Notes: a model not told the origin generated them from the sequence alone. Positions 44,445-54,778 are shown, numbered from the stretch's first letter. The stretch is 64,000 bases of DNA from Alphaproteobacteria bacterium (GCA_040220875.1 JAVJVX010000006.1:396174-460173), one strand, 5' to 3'. Numbers and translations are program-made.

Positions 44445-45110
44445 CTAGTGATGCCTCTCCGGGGCATCGGGGTTCCCGGCATCGGGGTCAATATCCTCGG
44501 GCCGCGGTTTAAGTCGCGCCGATTTGATGTCTTCGAAAGGCAGGGCAACCTCGCCCTCTTCCGTTTGCAGGACCAGCGTCCCGTCCACCGGGGCGCCCAG
44601 CCAGCCGGTGAACCGCCGCCGGCCGTCCCGTAACGCGATCAGCTCCACCCTTACCTCCCGGCCGGCATACCGGCGGAACTGGGATTCCCGCACCAGTGGC
44701 CGGTCGATGCCGGGCGAGCTGACCTCCAGCGTATACCGGCCCCGAACGGTCTCCTCGACATCGAGCGCCGGCGACAGGGCTCGGCTGATCTCGGCGCAAT
44801 CATCGACCGTCATGCTGCCATCCGCATTTTCGGCCATGACCTGCAGGACGCTGCGCGCCCCGTTCCAGTCGATCCGCCAGAGGACGTAGCCGAGCCCCTC
44901 GACAATGGGCCGGATAACCGGGTCGAGGGCCTCCGCCAGGCCCGATACGCCACCGATCGCCCGGTCGCCGTCGCCCGCTTCCCTCGTCCCTGTCGTGGCC
45001 CGCGGATCTCTCAAGGTTTCCCGTGCGCCCCGGTTGGAAGATGCCGCAAATAAAAAGTGGGCCAGCGGCCCACCCTGCGAACTCGATGATCGACCGGATC
45101 CCATCAGCAT
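44445..45110 (-). CDS. rimP: Ribosome maturation factor RimP (start uncertain; possible N-terminal over-extension)
   Basis: IRPIVEGLGYVLWRIDWNG...LQVMAENADGSMTVDDCAEISRALSPALD...YTLEVSSPGIDRPL is a RimP signature. The first 55 aa are low-complexity, and no in-frame ATG/GTG lies closer to the conserved core. Confidence 0.8.
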   Translation of the reverse strand: MLMGSGRSSSSQGGPLAHFLFAASSNRGARETLRDPRATTGTREAGDGDRAIGGVSGLAEALDPVIRPIVEGLGYVLWRIDWNGARSVLQVMAENADGSMTVDDCAEISRALSPALDVEETVRGRYTLEVSSPGIDRPLVRESQFRRYAGREVRVELIALRDGRRRFTGWLGAPVDGTLVLQTEEGEVALPFEDIKSARLKPRPEDIDPDAGNPDAPERHH

Positions 45111-45212
45111 CCAGCCGACCGCTGTAACAGGGGGAATGTAGTCTTTCGCCCGGGATCTGCAAGGGGTTTCAGCAGGTTTTTGGGTTCTGGCGCGGGAATC
45201 GGCCGTCTGGCC

Positions 45213-45950
45213 TCAGCGCCGGCGATAGGTGAGATAGATGGCCCGCCGGCCGGCGGATGCTGCCTTGGCCTCGTAGCGCGTCGGCGGCCAGTCGGGCGGG
45301 CGCTCCCGCCAGTCCCGCGCGTGCTCCGCCAACCAGAGGAATTCGGGGCGGGCGGCCATATGGGCGAGGATCCAGGCCAGATAATCGGCGTGATCCGTGG
45401 CCAGGCGCAACTCGCCCCCCGGTTTCAGGAGCCGGGCGAACTCTTCCAGCGTGGCATGATTGATCAGCCGGCGCTTATGGTGGCGCGTCTTGGGCCAGGG
45501 ATCCGGGAAAAGGACGAAGATCCGCTCGAACGCGCTGACGGGAAGCCGGGACATGAGCGCGCGCGCGTCGCCCGGAAAGACCCGGATGTTTTCGCAGCCC
45601 CCGGCCTCGATTTTTTCGAGGAGATGCAGGACTCCGGTCCGGAAGGGCTCGACGCCGACAAAGCCGGTGTCGGCATGATGCGCTGCTTGCCAGATGAGAT
45701 GCTCGCCGTCGCCGAAGCCAATTTCCAGCGCCGCGCGGGCGACAGGCGCGCCGAACATCGTCTCGAGTGAGAGGGGCCGGGTGCCGTCCGGGATACCGAA
45801 CCGCGCCAACCCCGCGGCCAGGGCCGCCTTCTGGGCCGCGCTGAAGGGCCGGCCCTGGCGCCGGCCATAATACCGGAAGCCCCCCGTCGCGACTTCGCCC
45901 TTTCCGGTGGAAGCCGCCTGGTCCCGGTTGTCTGCCCGCTTTCCCGTCAT
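45213..45950 (-). CDS. trmB: tRNA (guanine-N7)-methyltransferase
   Basis: EIGFGDGEHLI and VLFPDPWPKTRHHKRRL are TrmB motifs. Confidence 0.9.
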   Translation of the reverse strand: MTGKRADNRDQAASTGKGEVATGGFRYYGRRQGRPFSAAQKAALAAGLARFGIPDGTRPLSLETMFGAPVARAALEIGFGDGEHLIWQAAHHADTGFVGVEPFRTGVLHLLEKIEAGGCENIRVFPGDARALMSRLPVSAFERIFVLFPDPWPKTRHHKRRLINHATLEEFARLLKPGGELRLATDHADYLAWILAHMAARPEFLWLAEHARDWRERPPDWPPTRYEAKAASAGRRAIYLTYRRR

Positions 45951-46090
45951 GTCCCGCGTTTCCCGACCGGCATGCGCCGGGGGCCGGCCGCGATCCGGCC
46001 TTGCATCAGCGCCAAAGAAAGATTGAAGACTGTTACAGAAAAGCCGCCGGATTAAGAAGGCCGAACTCTGCGGGAAGCCGGGCAGTAAGC

Positions 46091-46146
46091 TGGACGGGAA
46101 TCTGGACGGGAATCTGGACGGGAATCTGGGCGGGAATCTGGGCGGC
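46091..46146. repeat. 12-bp tandem repeat array (TGGACGGGAATC x3, then TGGGCGGGAATC x about 1.5) between the XRE regulator stop and the trmB start
   Basis: Sequence reads tggacgggaatc tggacgggaatc tggacgggaatc tgggcgggaatc tgggcgg. Confidence 0.6.
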
Positions 46147-46157
46147 GCGGCGCGCGG

Positions 46158-46574
46158 CTAATCGGACGCGCCGAGCGACTTGACCAGATCGAAGACCCGC
46201 CGGCGCGCCTTTTCGTCCCTGATCTGGTAGTAGGCGCGGACCAGTTCGAGGGTTTCGCGCCGGCCCATGGGATCGGTCTCGTACCCCGCGCCCTCCTCGG
46301 CGAGACCCGACGCGCGCGCCGGCAGCGCGCTCATTTCCTCGAAGAAATATGAGACCGGCACGTTCATCACCCGGCTGATTTCGAACAACCGGCTGGCACC
46401 CACCCGGTTGGTGCCCCGTTCGTATTTCTGGATCTGCTGGAACGTCAGGCCCAGCGCCTTGGCGAGCTTTTCCTGCGTCATGCCGATCAGGGTCCGGCGC
46501 TGGCGGATGCGGCCACCGACATGCACGTCGATCGGATTGGGTCCTGAGGTGCGGGATCTGGTATCGCTTTCCAT
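46158..46574 (-). CDS. XRE-family helix-turn-helix transcriptional regulator (conserved alphaproteobacterial lnt-linked regulator)
   Basis: HTH_3 domain GGRIRQRRTLIGMTQEKLAKALGLTFQQIQKYERGTNRVGASRLFEI. Confidence 0.85.
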   Translation of the reverse strand: MESDTRSRTSGPNPIDVHVGGRIRQRRTLIGMTQEKLAKALGLTFQQIQKYERGTNRVGASRLFEISRVMNVPVSYFFEEMSALPARASGLAEEGAGYETDPMGRRETLELVRAYYQIRDEKARRRVFDLVKSLGASD

Positions 46575-46670
46575 GATCGAGACTCCTGGTCCTCCCCTTG
46601 CCTCCGGTCCTGGCGTGGCCGGCGTTTCCGTTATCGGCCCCTGTGGCCCAATCTAGAGCGCGGATGGTTA

Positions 46671-46710
46671 ATAAATGTTAACAATGAACATTATTGTAGG
46701 TAATGTTGTC
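46671..46710. promoter_or_regulatory. AT-rich island with an inverted repeat (AATAAATGTT-N7-AACATTATTG plus a third AATGTT copy), a candidate operator/promoter for the XRE regulator
   Basis: Sequence reads ggttaataaatgttaacaatgaacattattgtaggtaatgttg. It is the lowest-GC stretch in this region, 100-130 bp upstream of the regulator start. Confidence 0.35.
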
Positions 46711-46762
46711 TGACAGGATCATACCTTGGGAGACCAATCCCCGATAGGTTGCGCTCCCGCCC

Positions 46763-48403
46763 TTACCCCCGCCGGCAGCGCCACGAAAACAACATAGCGC
46801 ACAAAATCAGCCCAAAAAGAGGAACATCTCCCCATCGCGCATAGGTTGTCATTTCCCTGGCGGGCTTCGGCAGGTCCCGAGTGAGAACGCCGGTCTCGCC
46901 CAACCCGAGCCGGCCGATGATCCGGCCGAGCGGGTCGATCACCGCCGAAATGCCGGTATTGGCGGCCCGGATGACGGGCAGGCCCTGCTCGACAGCGCGC
47001 AAGCGGGCGGCGGCGAAATGCTGGTACGGCCCCGCCGTCAGGCCGAACCACGCGTCGTTGGTGACGTTGAGCAGCCAGTCGGGCCGGTTTTCCCGATCCA
47101 CCACGGCATCGGGAAAGATGATTTCGAAACAGACGAGCGGCCCGACCGGCGGCACCCCGGGCAGCGTCAGCGTCCGTGGCCCGGTGCCGCGCGAGAAATC
47201 GCCGGTGCCTGCCGTCAGTTTTTCGAAAGGCAGCCAGTCGCGCAGCGGCATGAATTCACCAAATGGAACGAGGTGAAACTTGTCATAGGTATCGACCACC
47301 GTGCCGCCGCCGCCTATGGCGAAGACACTGTTCCAGATATCCTCGATCGGCCCGTCCCCCGGCGTTACCCGAAGCGCGCCGGTCAGAACATAACGCGCCC
47401 GCCCGTCGTCACCATCGCGCGCCGCCGCCGCCGCCAGCACGTCGGCGATCGCACCCCGGGCCGCGGCATCTCGATTGAGTGCGTAGGGCACCGCCGTTTC
47501 CGGCCAGACAAACAGGGTCGGGACCCGATCGTCACCGGTACTGCCGGCCAGCGGGCCGAGCGACATCTCGGCATGACGCCGGAACAGGCGCCGGCGCAGG
47601 TCGGGCGACCATTTATGGGTTTGCGCGACATTGGCCTGCACGATGCGCAGGCGCAGATCGGGCTGGTACGCGGTCGGCTGGGCGGCGAGGCGCCCCGCCC
47701 CCCAGCCGATCAGCGCCAGCGGCAACACCAGACTGAAAGCGAGGGTTGCGCCAAGCGCCCGCCGCCGCCCGGACGGGTTTGCCAGCGCGGCCGGCAGGCC
47801 CGCCGCGAGCGCGGTCACGGCCGAGAGGCCGAAAACTCCCACGAGGGCGGCCGGTTGCAGCGTCGCCGGCGCGGCCGCCCAGAGAGAGCCGAGCGGGTTC
47901 CAGGGAAACCCGGTGAGGACCTGGCCGCGCACCCATTCGGCGAGGGTCCAGAAGCCCGCGAAAAGAAACACGCGGCCCAGCGGCGCCAGGGCGAAGCGGC
48001 GCAAGATCGCCTCCGTCAGCCCCGCCGCCAGGGCGATGAAAAAGGCCAGCCCCGCCGCCAGCGCCGGTACCGCGAGCGGAACCAGCCAGGGGAGACGGTC
48101 GGCCTCGAGCATTACGGCGAAAGTGATCCAGTAAAGCCCAAAGGCGAAAAACCCGAACCCGAACAGCCAGCCGCGCCAGAAAGCAGCGGCGGCGGTCGGG
48201 GCGGCGGCAAGGGCCCAGAGGAGCCCCGGGAGGGAGACGAAGAGCACGGGCGCCACGAAGGCGGGCGGCAGCGCCAGCGTCGCGAGCGCGCCCAGGGCGA
48301 TCAGGCTGATGACCCGGCGGGGCGTCGTGGCGAGAAAAAGACGGAAGAAGGGGGCCGGGCAATCCGCGCCAACGGCGCCGGGCGGCGCGATCCGGGCGTT
48401 CAC
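46763..48403 (-). CDS. lnt: Apolipoprotein N-acyltransferase
   Basis: N-terminal polytopic membrane domain plus a C-terminal nitrilase/CN-hydrolase domain (VVWPETAVPY...; catalytic E-K-C region). Confidence 0.9.
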   Translation of the reverse strand: MNARIAPPGAVGADCPAPFFRLFLATTPRRVISLIALGALATLALPPAFVAPVLFVSLPGLLWALAAAPTAAAAFWRGWLFGFGFFAFGLYWITFAVMLEADRLPWLVPLAVPALAAGLAFFIALAAGLTEAILRRFALAPLGRVFLFAGFWTLAEWVRGQVLTGFPWNPLGSLWAAAPATLQPAALVGVFGLSAVTALAAGLPAALANPSGRRRALGATLAFSLVLPLALIGWGAGRLAAQPTAYQPDLRLRIVQANVAQTHKWSPDLRRRLFRRHAEMSLGPLAGSTGDDRVPTLFVWPETAVPYALNRDAAARGAIADVLAAAAARDGDDGRARYVLTGALRVTPGDGPIEDIWNSVFAIGGGGTVVDTYDKFHLVPFGEFMPLRDWLPFEKLTAGTGDFSRGTGPRTLTLPGVPPVGPLVCFEIIFPDAVVDRENRPDWLLNVTNDAWFGLTAGPYQHFAAARLRAVEQGLPVIRAANTGISAVIDPLGRIIGRLGLGETGVLTRDLPKPAREMTTYARWGDVPLFGLILCAMLFSWRCRRG

Positions 48404-49323
48404 GGGCTCTGTTCGGCGGCCGCCCGGCCCACCGGCCGGACCCGGAGGCGCTTGACCCGCCGCTCATCCGCGTCCAGCACCTCGAAGCGCACGCCCGAGC
48501 CATGGCTGAGCCGTTCCCCCCGGCGGGGCACATGGCCGAGCAGTTCGACGACCAGCCCGCCCAGCGTATCGATATCCGCGCGCTCCTCGGTGGTAACAAA
48601 GGGGCCGGTCGCCGCCTCGAACTCCTCGATCTGCATGGTGCCCGAAACATCGAAACTGCCATCGGGCCGGCGGACGATGCGTTCCGTCTGCGCCTTTTCC
48701 TGATCGTGCTCGTCCTCGATCTGGCCGACGATCTCCTCCACGAGGTCCTCGATCGTCACCAGCCCATCGGTACCGCCGAATTCATCCACGACGATCGCCA
48801 TGTGAATCCGCGTGTCCCGCATTTCGAGCAGCAGTTCGAGAACCCCCATGCTGGGAGCCACGAACAACACCGGACGCAGAATGTTTTTCATGTTGAAGGA
48901 ATCGGGCGCGCTGGTGACAGGCAGCACATCCTTGATGTGGACCATGCCGGTCACCTGATCGAGCGTCTCACGGAAAACGGGCAGCCGCGAATGGTAGCGA
49001 TCGCCCATGAGCTGGACGATATCAGCAAGCCCCGCGCCCTCGTCGATGGCGATGATGTGCGCGCGGGGCACCATGAGGTCCCATACTTCGAGGTCGCGCA
49101 ACTTTGTGACGTTGGTCAGGAGTGCCTTCTCGTGAACATCGAGGGTGACATCCTCATCCTCGATCAGTTCGGTCAGCGCCTCGCTGAGGGTGGTATCGGG
49201 CTGACGGCCCCGAAACTTGTTCCTGAGCCACCCGAGAAGCCCGGTTGTGCCATTCCCGCCCGCGCGGCCGACGCCGGGGGAGGGGCGGTTCTCAGCCATG
49301 GCTTCGGGGCGGGAGGCCTTCAT
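48400..49323 (-). CDS. corC: CorC/HlyC/TlyC family protein (paired CBS domains plus CorC_HlyC transporter-associated domain)
   Basis: CBS pair followed by the C-terminal CorC_HlyC domain. Its position between ybeY and lnt is conserved. Confidence 0.9.
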   Translation of the reverse strand: MKASRPEAMAENRPSPGVGRAGGNGTTGLLGWLRNKFRGRQPDTTLSEALTELIEDEDVTLDVHEKALLTNVTKLRDLEVWDLMVPRAHIIAIDEGAGLADIVQLMGDRYHSRLPVFRETLDQVTGMVHIKDVLPVTSAPDSFNMKNILRPVLFVAPSMGVLELLLEMRDTRIHMAIVVDEFGGTDGLVTIEDLVEEIVGQIEDEHDQEKAQTERIVRRPDGSFDVSGTMQIEEFEAATGPFVTTEERADIDTLGGLVVELLGHVPRRGERLSHGSGVRFEVLDADERRVKRLRVRPVGRAAAEQSP

Positions 49324-49850
49324 GAGCCGGCTCCGTCCGTCCTGTCGAGAAGCGCATAGGGGTCGGCGATGCCGAGCCGGGCCAGCGCCGCGACCTCGAG
49401 GTTTTCCATCTCCGCCGCCGCGCCATCGCTTTCGTGATCAAAACCCAGAAGGTGCAGCACACCATGAACCACGAGGTGCCTGGTATGATCGGACGCGGCT
49501 TTGCCCTGACGCTCTGCTTCCCCGATAACGGTTTCCAGCGCGAGCGCGATGTCGCCCAGCAGGCCCGGAGCGGCGGCCGGAAACGCGAGGACGTTGGTTG
49601 GCCTGTCCTGGCCGCGATAGGCGCGGTTGAGATTCTGGACGAACTCGTCGCCGCCAAGAAGAACCGTCAGCTCTCCGCGATCCCTCGCGGCCGCCGGCGC
49701 GACGGCGAATGCCGCCTCGACAGCGGCGATCACGCAGGCCTCCGGATCGCCGAGGTGACCGTGCCAGCCCGCGTGATCCACGCGCACCACGGTCTCGGCC
49801 GGCATGGGCACGGAGTCCGGTTCCGGCCCCGATATCGCATCAATCCTCAT
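49320..49850 (-). CDS. ybeY: Endoribonuclease YbeY (rRNA maturation factor)
   Basis: HLVVHGVLHLLGFDHESD is the zinc-binding H3 motif. Confidence 0.9.
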   Translation of the reverse strand: MRIDAISGPEPDSVPMPAETVVRVDHAGWHGHLGDPEACVIAAVEAAFAVAPAAARDRGELTVLLGGDEFVQNLNRAYRGQDRPTNVLAFPAAAPGLLGDIALALETVIGEAERQGKAASDHTRHLVVHGVLHLLGFDHESDGAAAEMENLEVAALARLGIADPYALLDRTDGAGS

Positions 49851-50935
49851 CGGTCTGCAGTTTCGGCAGGGTCCCCGCCGGGCTGGTCATAGGCGCGGAC
49901 AATCCGCGCCACGAGCGAATGACGCACGACATCCTTGTCCGTGAAATGGCAGAAGGCGATTCCGGAGACCGACTGCAACCGGTCCACCGCTTCGCGCAGA
50001 CCAGAGGCCTGACCCGCCGGCAGGTCGATCTGGGTCAGGTCGCCGGTGACCACCATGCGCGAATTCTCGCCAAGCCGCGTCAGCAGCATTTTCATCTGCA
50101 TCGAGGTCGTGTTCTGTGCCTCGTCCGCAATGATGAAGCTGTTGGACAGGGTGCGGCCGCGCATGAAGGCGAGTGGCGCGATTTCGAAGTCGCCGTTGGC
50201 GAGGCGCTTGGAGACCTGATCCCCCGGCATCATGTCGTGCAGCGCGTCGTAGAGGGGACGCAGGTATGGGTCCACCTTCTCGCGCAGGTCCCCCGGCAAA
50301 AAGCCCAGTCGTTCGCCTGCCTCGACGGCCGGCCGGCACAGGATCAGCCGTTCGACCTCGCCGCGAAGAAACATCGAGACCGCCTGGGCCACCGCCAGAT
50401 AGGTCTTGCCGGTGCCCGCCGGCCCAATTCCGAAGACCAGGTCGTGATCGAGGATCGCCCTGAGGTATGTGGACTGGTTTTTCGAGCGCGGTGTGATGTG
50501 GCGCCGGCGTGTCGCGATGACGAGCGCCTCGTCCTCATCCGTTCGATCGGCCTCCGGAATTTCGTCGCTCATGCGAATCGCCGCATCCACCTCTGCCAAT
50601 CCCACTTCTTGCCCCTGATTGAGACGGCGGTAAAGCTTCTCGAGCGTCTCGCGGGCCGTGACGCGCGCATCCTCGGGCCCGGTAATGGCGATCACATTGC
50701 CGCGCGGCACGAGCCCGACGTCGAGCGCCTGCTCGATCCGGGCCAGATGCCGGTCGTGCTCGCCGTAAAGCAGCGACAGCAACCTGTTGTCATCGAACTG
50801 CACGAAGGTGGGCTCGGCGGCAGACCCGGACGCGGAACCAGGTGTCGGCCTGTGCCTGTCCGGCGTTTTAGCATCCAGCAGCGAGGGGCCAGTCGACGGC
50901 GAATCTGGCGAAGGCCCCGTAGACGGTGATCTCAC
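49847..50935 (-). CDS. phoH: PhoH-like ATPase
   Basis: Walker [13 protein letters not shown], with the PhoH core from [19 protein letters not shown] onward. The start was reassigned to a GTG forming a GTGA overlap with the miaB stop, since the ORF-track start would overlap miaB by 82 nt. Confidence 0.85.
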   Translation of the reverse strand: MRSPSTGPSPDSPSTGPSLLDAKTPDRHRPTPGSASGSAAEPTFVQFDDNRLLSLLYGEHDRHLARIEQALDVGLVPRGNVIAITGPEDARVTARETLEKLYRRLNQGQEVGLAEVDAAIRMSDEIPEADRTDEDEALVIATRRRHITPRSKNQSTYLRAILDHDLVFGIGPAGTGKTYLAVAQAVSMFLRGEVERLILCRPAVEAGERLGFLPGDLREKVDPYLRPLYDALHDMMPGDQVSKRLANGDFEIAPLAFMRGRTLSNSFIIADEAQNTTSMQMKMLLTRLGENSRMVVTGDLTQIDLPAGQASGLREAVDRLQSVSGIAFCHFTDKDVVRHSLVARIVRAYDQPGGDPAETADR

Positions 50936-52470
50936 CCGCAGGCTCTCTCTCCGGTTGATCCAGTCTTGCCGGGCCCGGGCCCCGTTCGCGCGAGACCCGG
51001 GGACGCGATGCATCCCTGCAAGGAGTTGGATAGCGCCGCCTCGATTGTCACATCAACGAGGCGGCCATACAAATCCTCATTCCCGGCCACGTGGACCGGC
51101 TGCAAAAACGGACTCCGGCCCGCCATCTGGCCGTCACGGCGGCCGGGGCGGTCGAACAGCACGGCCAGGGTAGTGCCGACGAGGGCCCTGTTAAAACGAC
51201 GCTGCTGCACCGCGAGGCGGGCCTGGAGTTCGGCCAGCCGCTGCTGCTTCACGCTGTCGTCGATCGCCGTCGCCCCGCGTTCCGCCTCCGCCGCCGGCGT
51301 CCCCGGCCGGGCGCTGTATTTGAATGAAAATGCCTGCGCGTAAGCGATTTCGCCGACCAGCTCGAGCGTGGCCTGGAAATCGGCCTCCGTCTCGCCCGGA
51401 AATCCGACGATGAAATCGGAGGACAGGGCCAGATCGGGCCGCGCCTGGCGCAGCCGATCCACCAGGCGGCGATATTCGTCGGCCGTATAGCGCCGGTTCA
51501 TGGCCGCGAGGATCCGGTCCGAGCCGGACTGCACGGGCAGGTGGAGATAGGGCATGAGCTGGGGGACGTCGCCATGGGCGCGGATCAACTCGTCGTCCAT
51601 ATCCGCCGGGTGGCTCGTCGTGTAGCGGATCCGGTCGAGTCCGTCGATCTCGGCCAGGGCCAGGATCAGCCGGCCCAGCCCCCAGTCGCCTTTGGCCGCA
51701 CCGGGGGCGGCGCCGTGATAGGCATTGACGTTCTGACCCAGAAGCGTGATCTCGCGCGCGCCACCGGCCACCTGGCGCCGGGCCTCGGCGATCACATCGG
51801 CCGCCGGACGCGAATATTCGGCCCCGCGCGTGTAGGGGACGACACAAAAGCTGCAGAACTTGTCGCAGCCCTCCTGCACCGTCAGGAAGGCGGAAAGCCC
51901 CTGGGACTTGCGCTCTTCCGGGAGAAAATCGAACTTGGTCTCGGCCGGAAATTCGGTGTCGATCAGATGGCCGGTCTGTCCCGCCGCCTCTCCCCGTGCC
52001 TCGGCGACGAGAGCCCCCAGCCGGTGATAGGCCTGCGGACCCAGCACGACATCGACGAAGGGCGCACGGCGCTGCATTTCCTCGCCCTCCGCCTGGGCAA
52101 CGCAGCCGGCAACGGCGATCGTCATATTGTCGCCCGCCGCCGCACGAGAATTTTTCAGAGGCCGCAGCCGGCCCAGTTCCGAATAAACCTTTTCCGCCGC
52201 CTTCTCGCGAATATGGCATGTGTTGAGGACGACGACGTCCGCCTCCTCGGGGCGATCGACCGCGTCATACCCGTCCGCCGCCATGACATCCGCCATCCGG
52301 GCGGAGTCATAAACATTCATCTGGCAGCCGTAGGTTTTGACGAAAAGTTTTTTGGCCAAAGTCACCAAGCCCTCAGCGGGCGATTGTCGGGCGGCCCGTT
52401 GCCGCCCGCGCCGGTCCTCGGCCGGCACCGTTCCGGTTCCGGACCCTAGCACCGGCTTTTGGCGAGTCAA
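50932..52470 (-). CDS. miaB: tRNA-2-methylthio-N6-dimethylallyladenosine synthase
   Basis: UPF0004 domain [16 protein letters not shown], a radical-SAM CxxxCxxC (CDKFCSFC) and a TRAM domain. Confidence 0.9.
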   Translation of the reverse strand: MTRQKPVLGSGTGTVPAEDRRGRQRAARQSPAEGLVTLAKKLFVKTYGCQMNVYDSARMADVMAADGYDAVDRPEEADVVVLNTCHIREKAAEKVYSELGRLRPLKNSRAAAGDNMTIAVAGCVAQAEGEEMQRRAPFVDVVLGPQAYHRLGALVAEARGEAAGQTGHLIDTEFPAETKFDFLPEERKSQGLSAFLTVQEGCDKFCSFCVVPYTRGAEYSRPAADVIAEARRQVAGGAREITLLGQNVNAYHGAAPGAAKGDWGLGRLILALAEIDGLDRIRYTTSHPADMDDELIRAHGDVPQLMPYLHLPVQSGSDRILAAMNRRYTADEYRRLVDRLRQARPDLALSSDFIVGFPGETEADFQATLELVGEIAYAQAFSFKYSARPGTPAAEAERGATAIDDSVKQQRLAELQARLAVQQRRFNRALVGTTLAVLFDRPGRRDGQMAGRSPFLQPVHVAGNEDLYGRLVDVTIEAALSNSLQGCIASPGLARTGPGPGKTGSTGERACG

Positions 52471-52503
52471 GAAGGCGGGCGGGTGCGAAGGGCCCGGCCA
52501 CAG

Positions 52504-53319
52504 TCAGGCGGCGGCCGGCATCGCGGGAGGACGCCCGGCCAGGGCCCGCGACAGGCCAACGGCAACTTCGCGATGACAATGGCGCGCCAGCGCCTTCCGG
52601 TCGGCGAAGGCGTCGATGGTGGTCGGCTGATGGAAGGCGATCCGGACCTCGATGGCGCCGAAACTGGCCACGCGCCAAAAATGGGCGGCGAGGGCCATGT
52701 CCGCGTACCACGCGAAAAGTGGGCGCAGCCCGCGCCCGATCGGCACGCCGTCGAGCCGGGTATAGGCGACCGAGACCGGTTGCACCTTGAGCGGCTTTCC
52801 CGACGGCCGGTACTCGGCGACGCTGAAGAGCGCGCTCTTGAACGGCAACGTGCGGTTCCCGTCATTGCTGGTGCCTTCGGGGAACAGGATCAGCCGGTCC
52901 CCGCTTTCGAGCCGGCCGAGGATGCCGTCCCGGTGCTCGTGGGTCTTGTGACGCCGTCGGTCGATGAACACTGTCCGGCAAAGCCGCGCCAGGACGCCGA
53001 CCACCGGCCAGTCCCGGACATCGGCCTTGGACACAAACGAGCCTTCGATCTGCGATCCCAGCACGACGATGTCGAGATAGGAGGCGTGGTTGCAGACAAA
53101 AAGCATGGGCCGCTCTTCCGTCTGCAGCCCGTCGGTTTTTACGGTGATTCCGAGAATGGTGCAGGTCCAGCGGAAATACGCCTTGGGCAGGCGGGACGCC
53201 AGCCGGCTGCGGAACACGAGCGCCACGAGCTGCACGGGCAGCAGCAGCACCGTCATGGTGGCAATGACGGTCAGCTTGAGGGCCGCGCGGATGTGGGAGC
53301 CGAACATCGCACCGAACAT
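52504..53319 (-). CDS. olsA: Lyso-ornithine lipid O-acyltransferase / 1-acyl-sn-glycerol-3-phosphate acyltransferase family (OlsA-like)
   Basis: PlsC acyltransferase motif FVCNHASYLDIVVLG, and LFPEGTSNDG. The gene lies immediately downstream of olsB. Confidence 0.75.
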   Translation of the reverse strand: MFGAMFGSHIRAALKLTVIATMTVLLLPVQLVALVFRSRLASRLPKAYFRWTCTILGITVKTDGLQTEERPMLFVCNHASYLDIVVLGSQIEGSFVSKADVRDWPVVGVLARLCRTVFIDRRRHKTHEHRDGILGRLESGDRLILFPEGTSNDGNRTLPFKSALFSVAEYRPSGKPLKVQPVSVAYTRLDGVPIGRGLRPLFAWYADMALAAHFWRVASFGAIEVRIAFHQPTTIDAFADRKALARHCHREVAVGLSRALAGRPPAMPAAA

Positions 53320-53328
53320 GCCCGCCTC

Positions 53329-54225
53329 CTATGCGGACCGGTCCGGCAACGGATCAGCCCGGCCGTCATTCTCCCGCAGGTAATGGCGGTGGTATTTCTC
53401 GGTCACGAGATCCGTCTTGACCACAATGCAAACGTCGGTCGTGTTGAACTGGTCGTCGACCACGGCGCCGTTCCCGACGAAGCCGCCGAGACGCAGATAG
53501 CCCTTGATGAGCGGCGGCAACTCGGCCAGTGCGCGGCGGGAATCCAGTTCGTCCGGTTCCAGAATGTCCATTTCGACGAACCGGTCGGCGATCGCCTGGG
53601 GACGCAGTGCGGCCGGCGCGAGATGATGGTGATACAGATACGACAGCGGCACAGCCAGGCTTTCGGGATCGGTGCCGGGCAGACTGCCGCAACCGAACAT
53701 CAGCTCGATATCATGATGAAAGACGTAGGACGCGATCCCGCGCCAGAGAAGCTGCATGGTGGCGCGGTTGCGATAGGCGCGGTCGACGCAGGACCGGCCG
53801 AGTTCCAGAATCTCCCCCGGCAGATCGACGAGGCAGGAGATATCGAACTCGTCCGCGGTATAGAACTGTCCGGCCTGCGCCGCCGCGCTTCGGCGGAGCA
53901 ATCGATAGGTCCCGACCACCTGCCCGGCGCCGGCCGCCTCGGGGTGGTCGTGATCGATCACAAGAAGGTGGTCCGCAAAATCGTCGAAATGATCGAAATC
54001 ACAGCGGGCCTCCACCATTTCCAGGGTCGGCTCGGCGGCCATCTCCTCGTAGAAAACGCGATAGCGCAGAGCCTGTGCCGCCCTGATCTCGGCCGTGTCG
54101 CGCGCCAGCCGCACTTCGAGTGACTGGGCCCGAACGTCCTCGAGGCCGGGGAGCGGGGCGGAGAAGCGGGCCGGGCCGGGGCGGGCCGCGGCGGCGAAGG
54201 CCGGCATGGGCACGGTTTTTTTCAT
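53329..54225 (-). CDS. olsB: Ornithine-acyl-ACP N-acyltransferase (OlsB-like, GNAT-related)
   Basis: LEVRLARDTAEIRAAQALRYRVFYEEMAA is an OlsB-family N-terminal signature. About 298 aa. The operon partner is a PlsC-family gene. Confidence 0.7.
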   Translation of the reverse strand: MKKTVPMPAFAAAARPGPARFSAPLPGLEDVRAQSLEVRLARDTAEIRAAQALRYRVFYEEMAAEPTLEMVEARCDFDHFDDFADHLLVIDHDHPEAAGAGQVVGTYRLLRRSAAAQAGQFYTADEFDISCLVDLPGEILELGRSCVDRAYRNRATMQLLWRGIASYVFHHDIELMFGCGSLPGTDPESLAVPLSYLYHHHLAPAALRPQAIADRFVEMDILEPDELDSRRALAELPPLIKGYLRLGGFVGNGAVVDDQFNTTDVCIVVKTDLVTEKYHRHYLRENDGRADPLPDRSA

Positions 54226-54352
54226 GACAGACAGAAGCTGTTTCCGTTCGGGGTGGCGAGCCCGGTCAACCTAACTTCAAAATATTACAGTTTGTCGGCA
54301 TTTGCCGTACCGGGCCAGATCAATCCTGTCGACGCGACCGGAGCTTGGCGCG

Positions 54353-54778
54353 CTAGGGCTTTTTGGGCCGGACGTAGAGTTCGAGCCGATGGCTGAGAAT
54401 CTCATAGCCGTGTGCTTCGGCGACCCGGCGCTGGAGCTCCTCGATCTCGTCATTGCGAAACTCGATCACCTTCCCCGACTGGACGTCGATGAGGTGGTCG
54501 TGATGCTCCTCGGGCGCTTCCTCGTAGCGCGATCTGCCGTCGCCAAAATCGTGACGCTCGATCACGCTGACCTCTTCCAGGAGACGCACGGTCCGGTACA
54601 CGGTCGCGATGGAGATATTGGGATCGATCTCAAGCGCCCGGTTATAGACCTGCTCCACATCCGGGTGATCATCTGAATCGGACAGAACCTGCGCAATGAC
54701 CCGACGCTGTTCGGTCATCTTCACACCGCGATCGATGCAAAGTTGTTCAATCCGGGATTTTATTGCCGTGTCCGTCAT
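54353..54778 (-). CDS. fur: Ferric uptake regulator family protein (Fur/Mur)
   Basis: MTEQRRVIAQVL...HPDVEQVY...ISIATVYRTVRLLEE, with His-rich metal site HHDHLID. No CxxC pair is present. Confidence 0.85.
   Translation of the reverse strand: MTDTAIKSRIEQLCIDRGVKMTEQRRVIAQVLSDSDDHPDVEQVYNRALEIDPNISIATVYRTVRLLEEVSVIERHDFGDGRSRYEEAPEEHHDHLIDVQSGKVIEFRNDEIEELQRRVAEAHGYEILSHRLELYVRPKKP

Noticed and set aside
46091-46146. Tandem repeat arrays considered as possible CRISPR arrays (also 33276-33320, 18028-18072, 6987-7046)
   Set aside because: The units are 12-15 bp and directly abutting with no spacers, and no cas genes are present. These are simple tandem iterons, not CRISPR.}
49847-51013. ORF-track start of phoH at 51013
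   Set aside because: It would overlap miaB by 82 nt and add a non-conserved N-terminus. A GTG forming a GTGA junction with the miaB stop is more plausible.}
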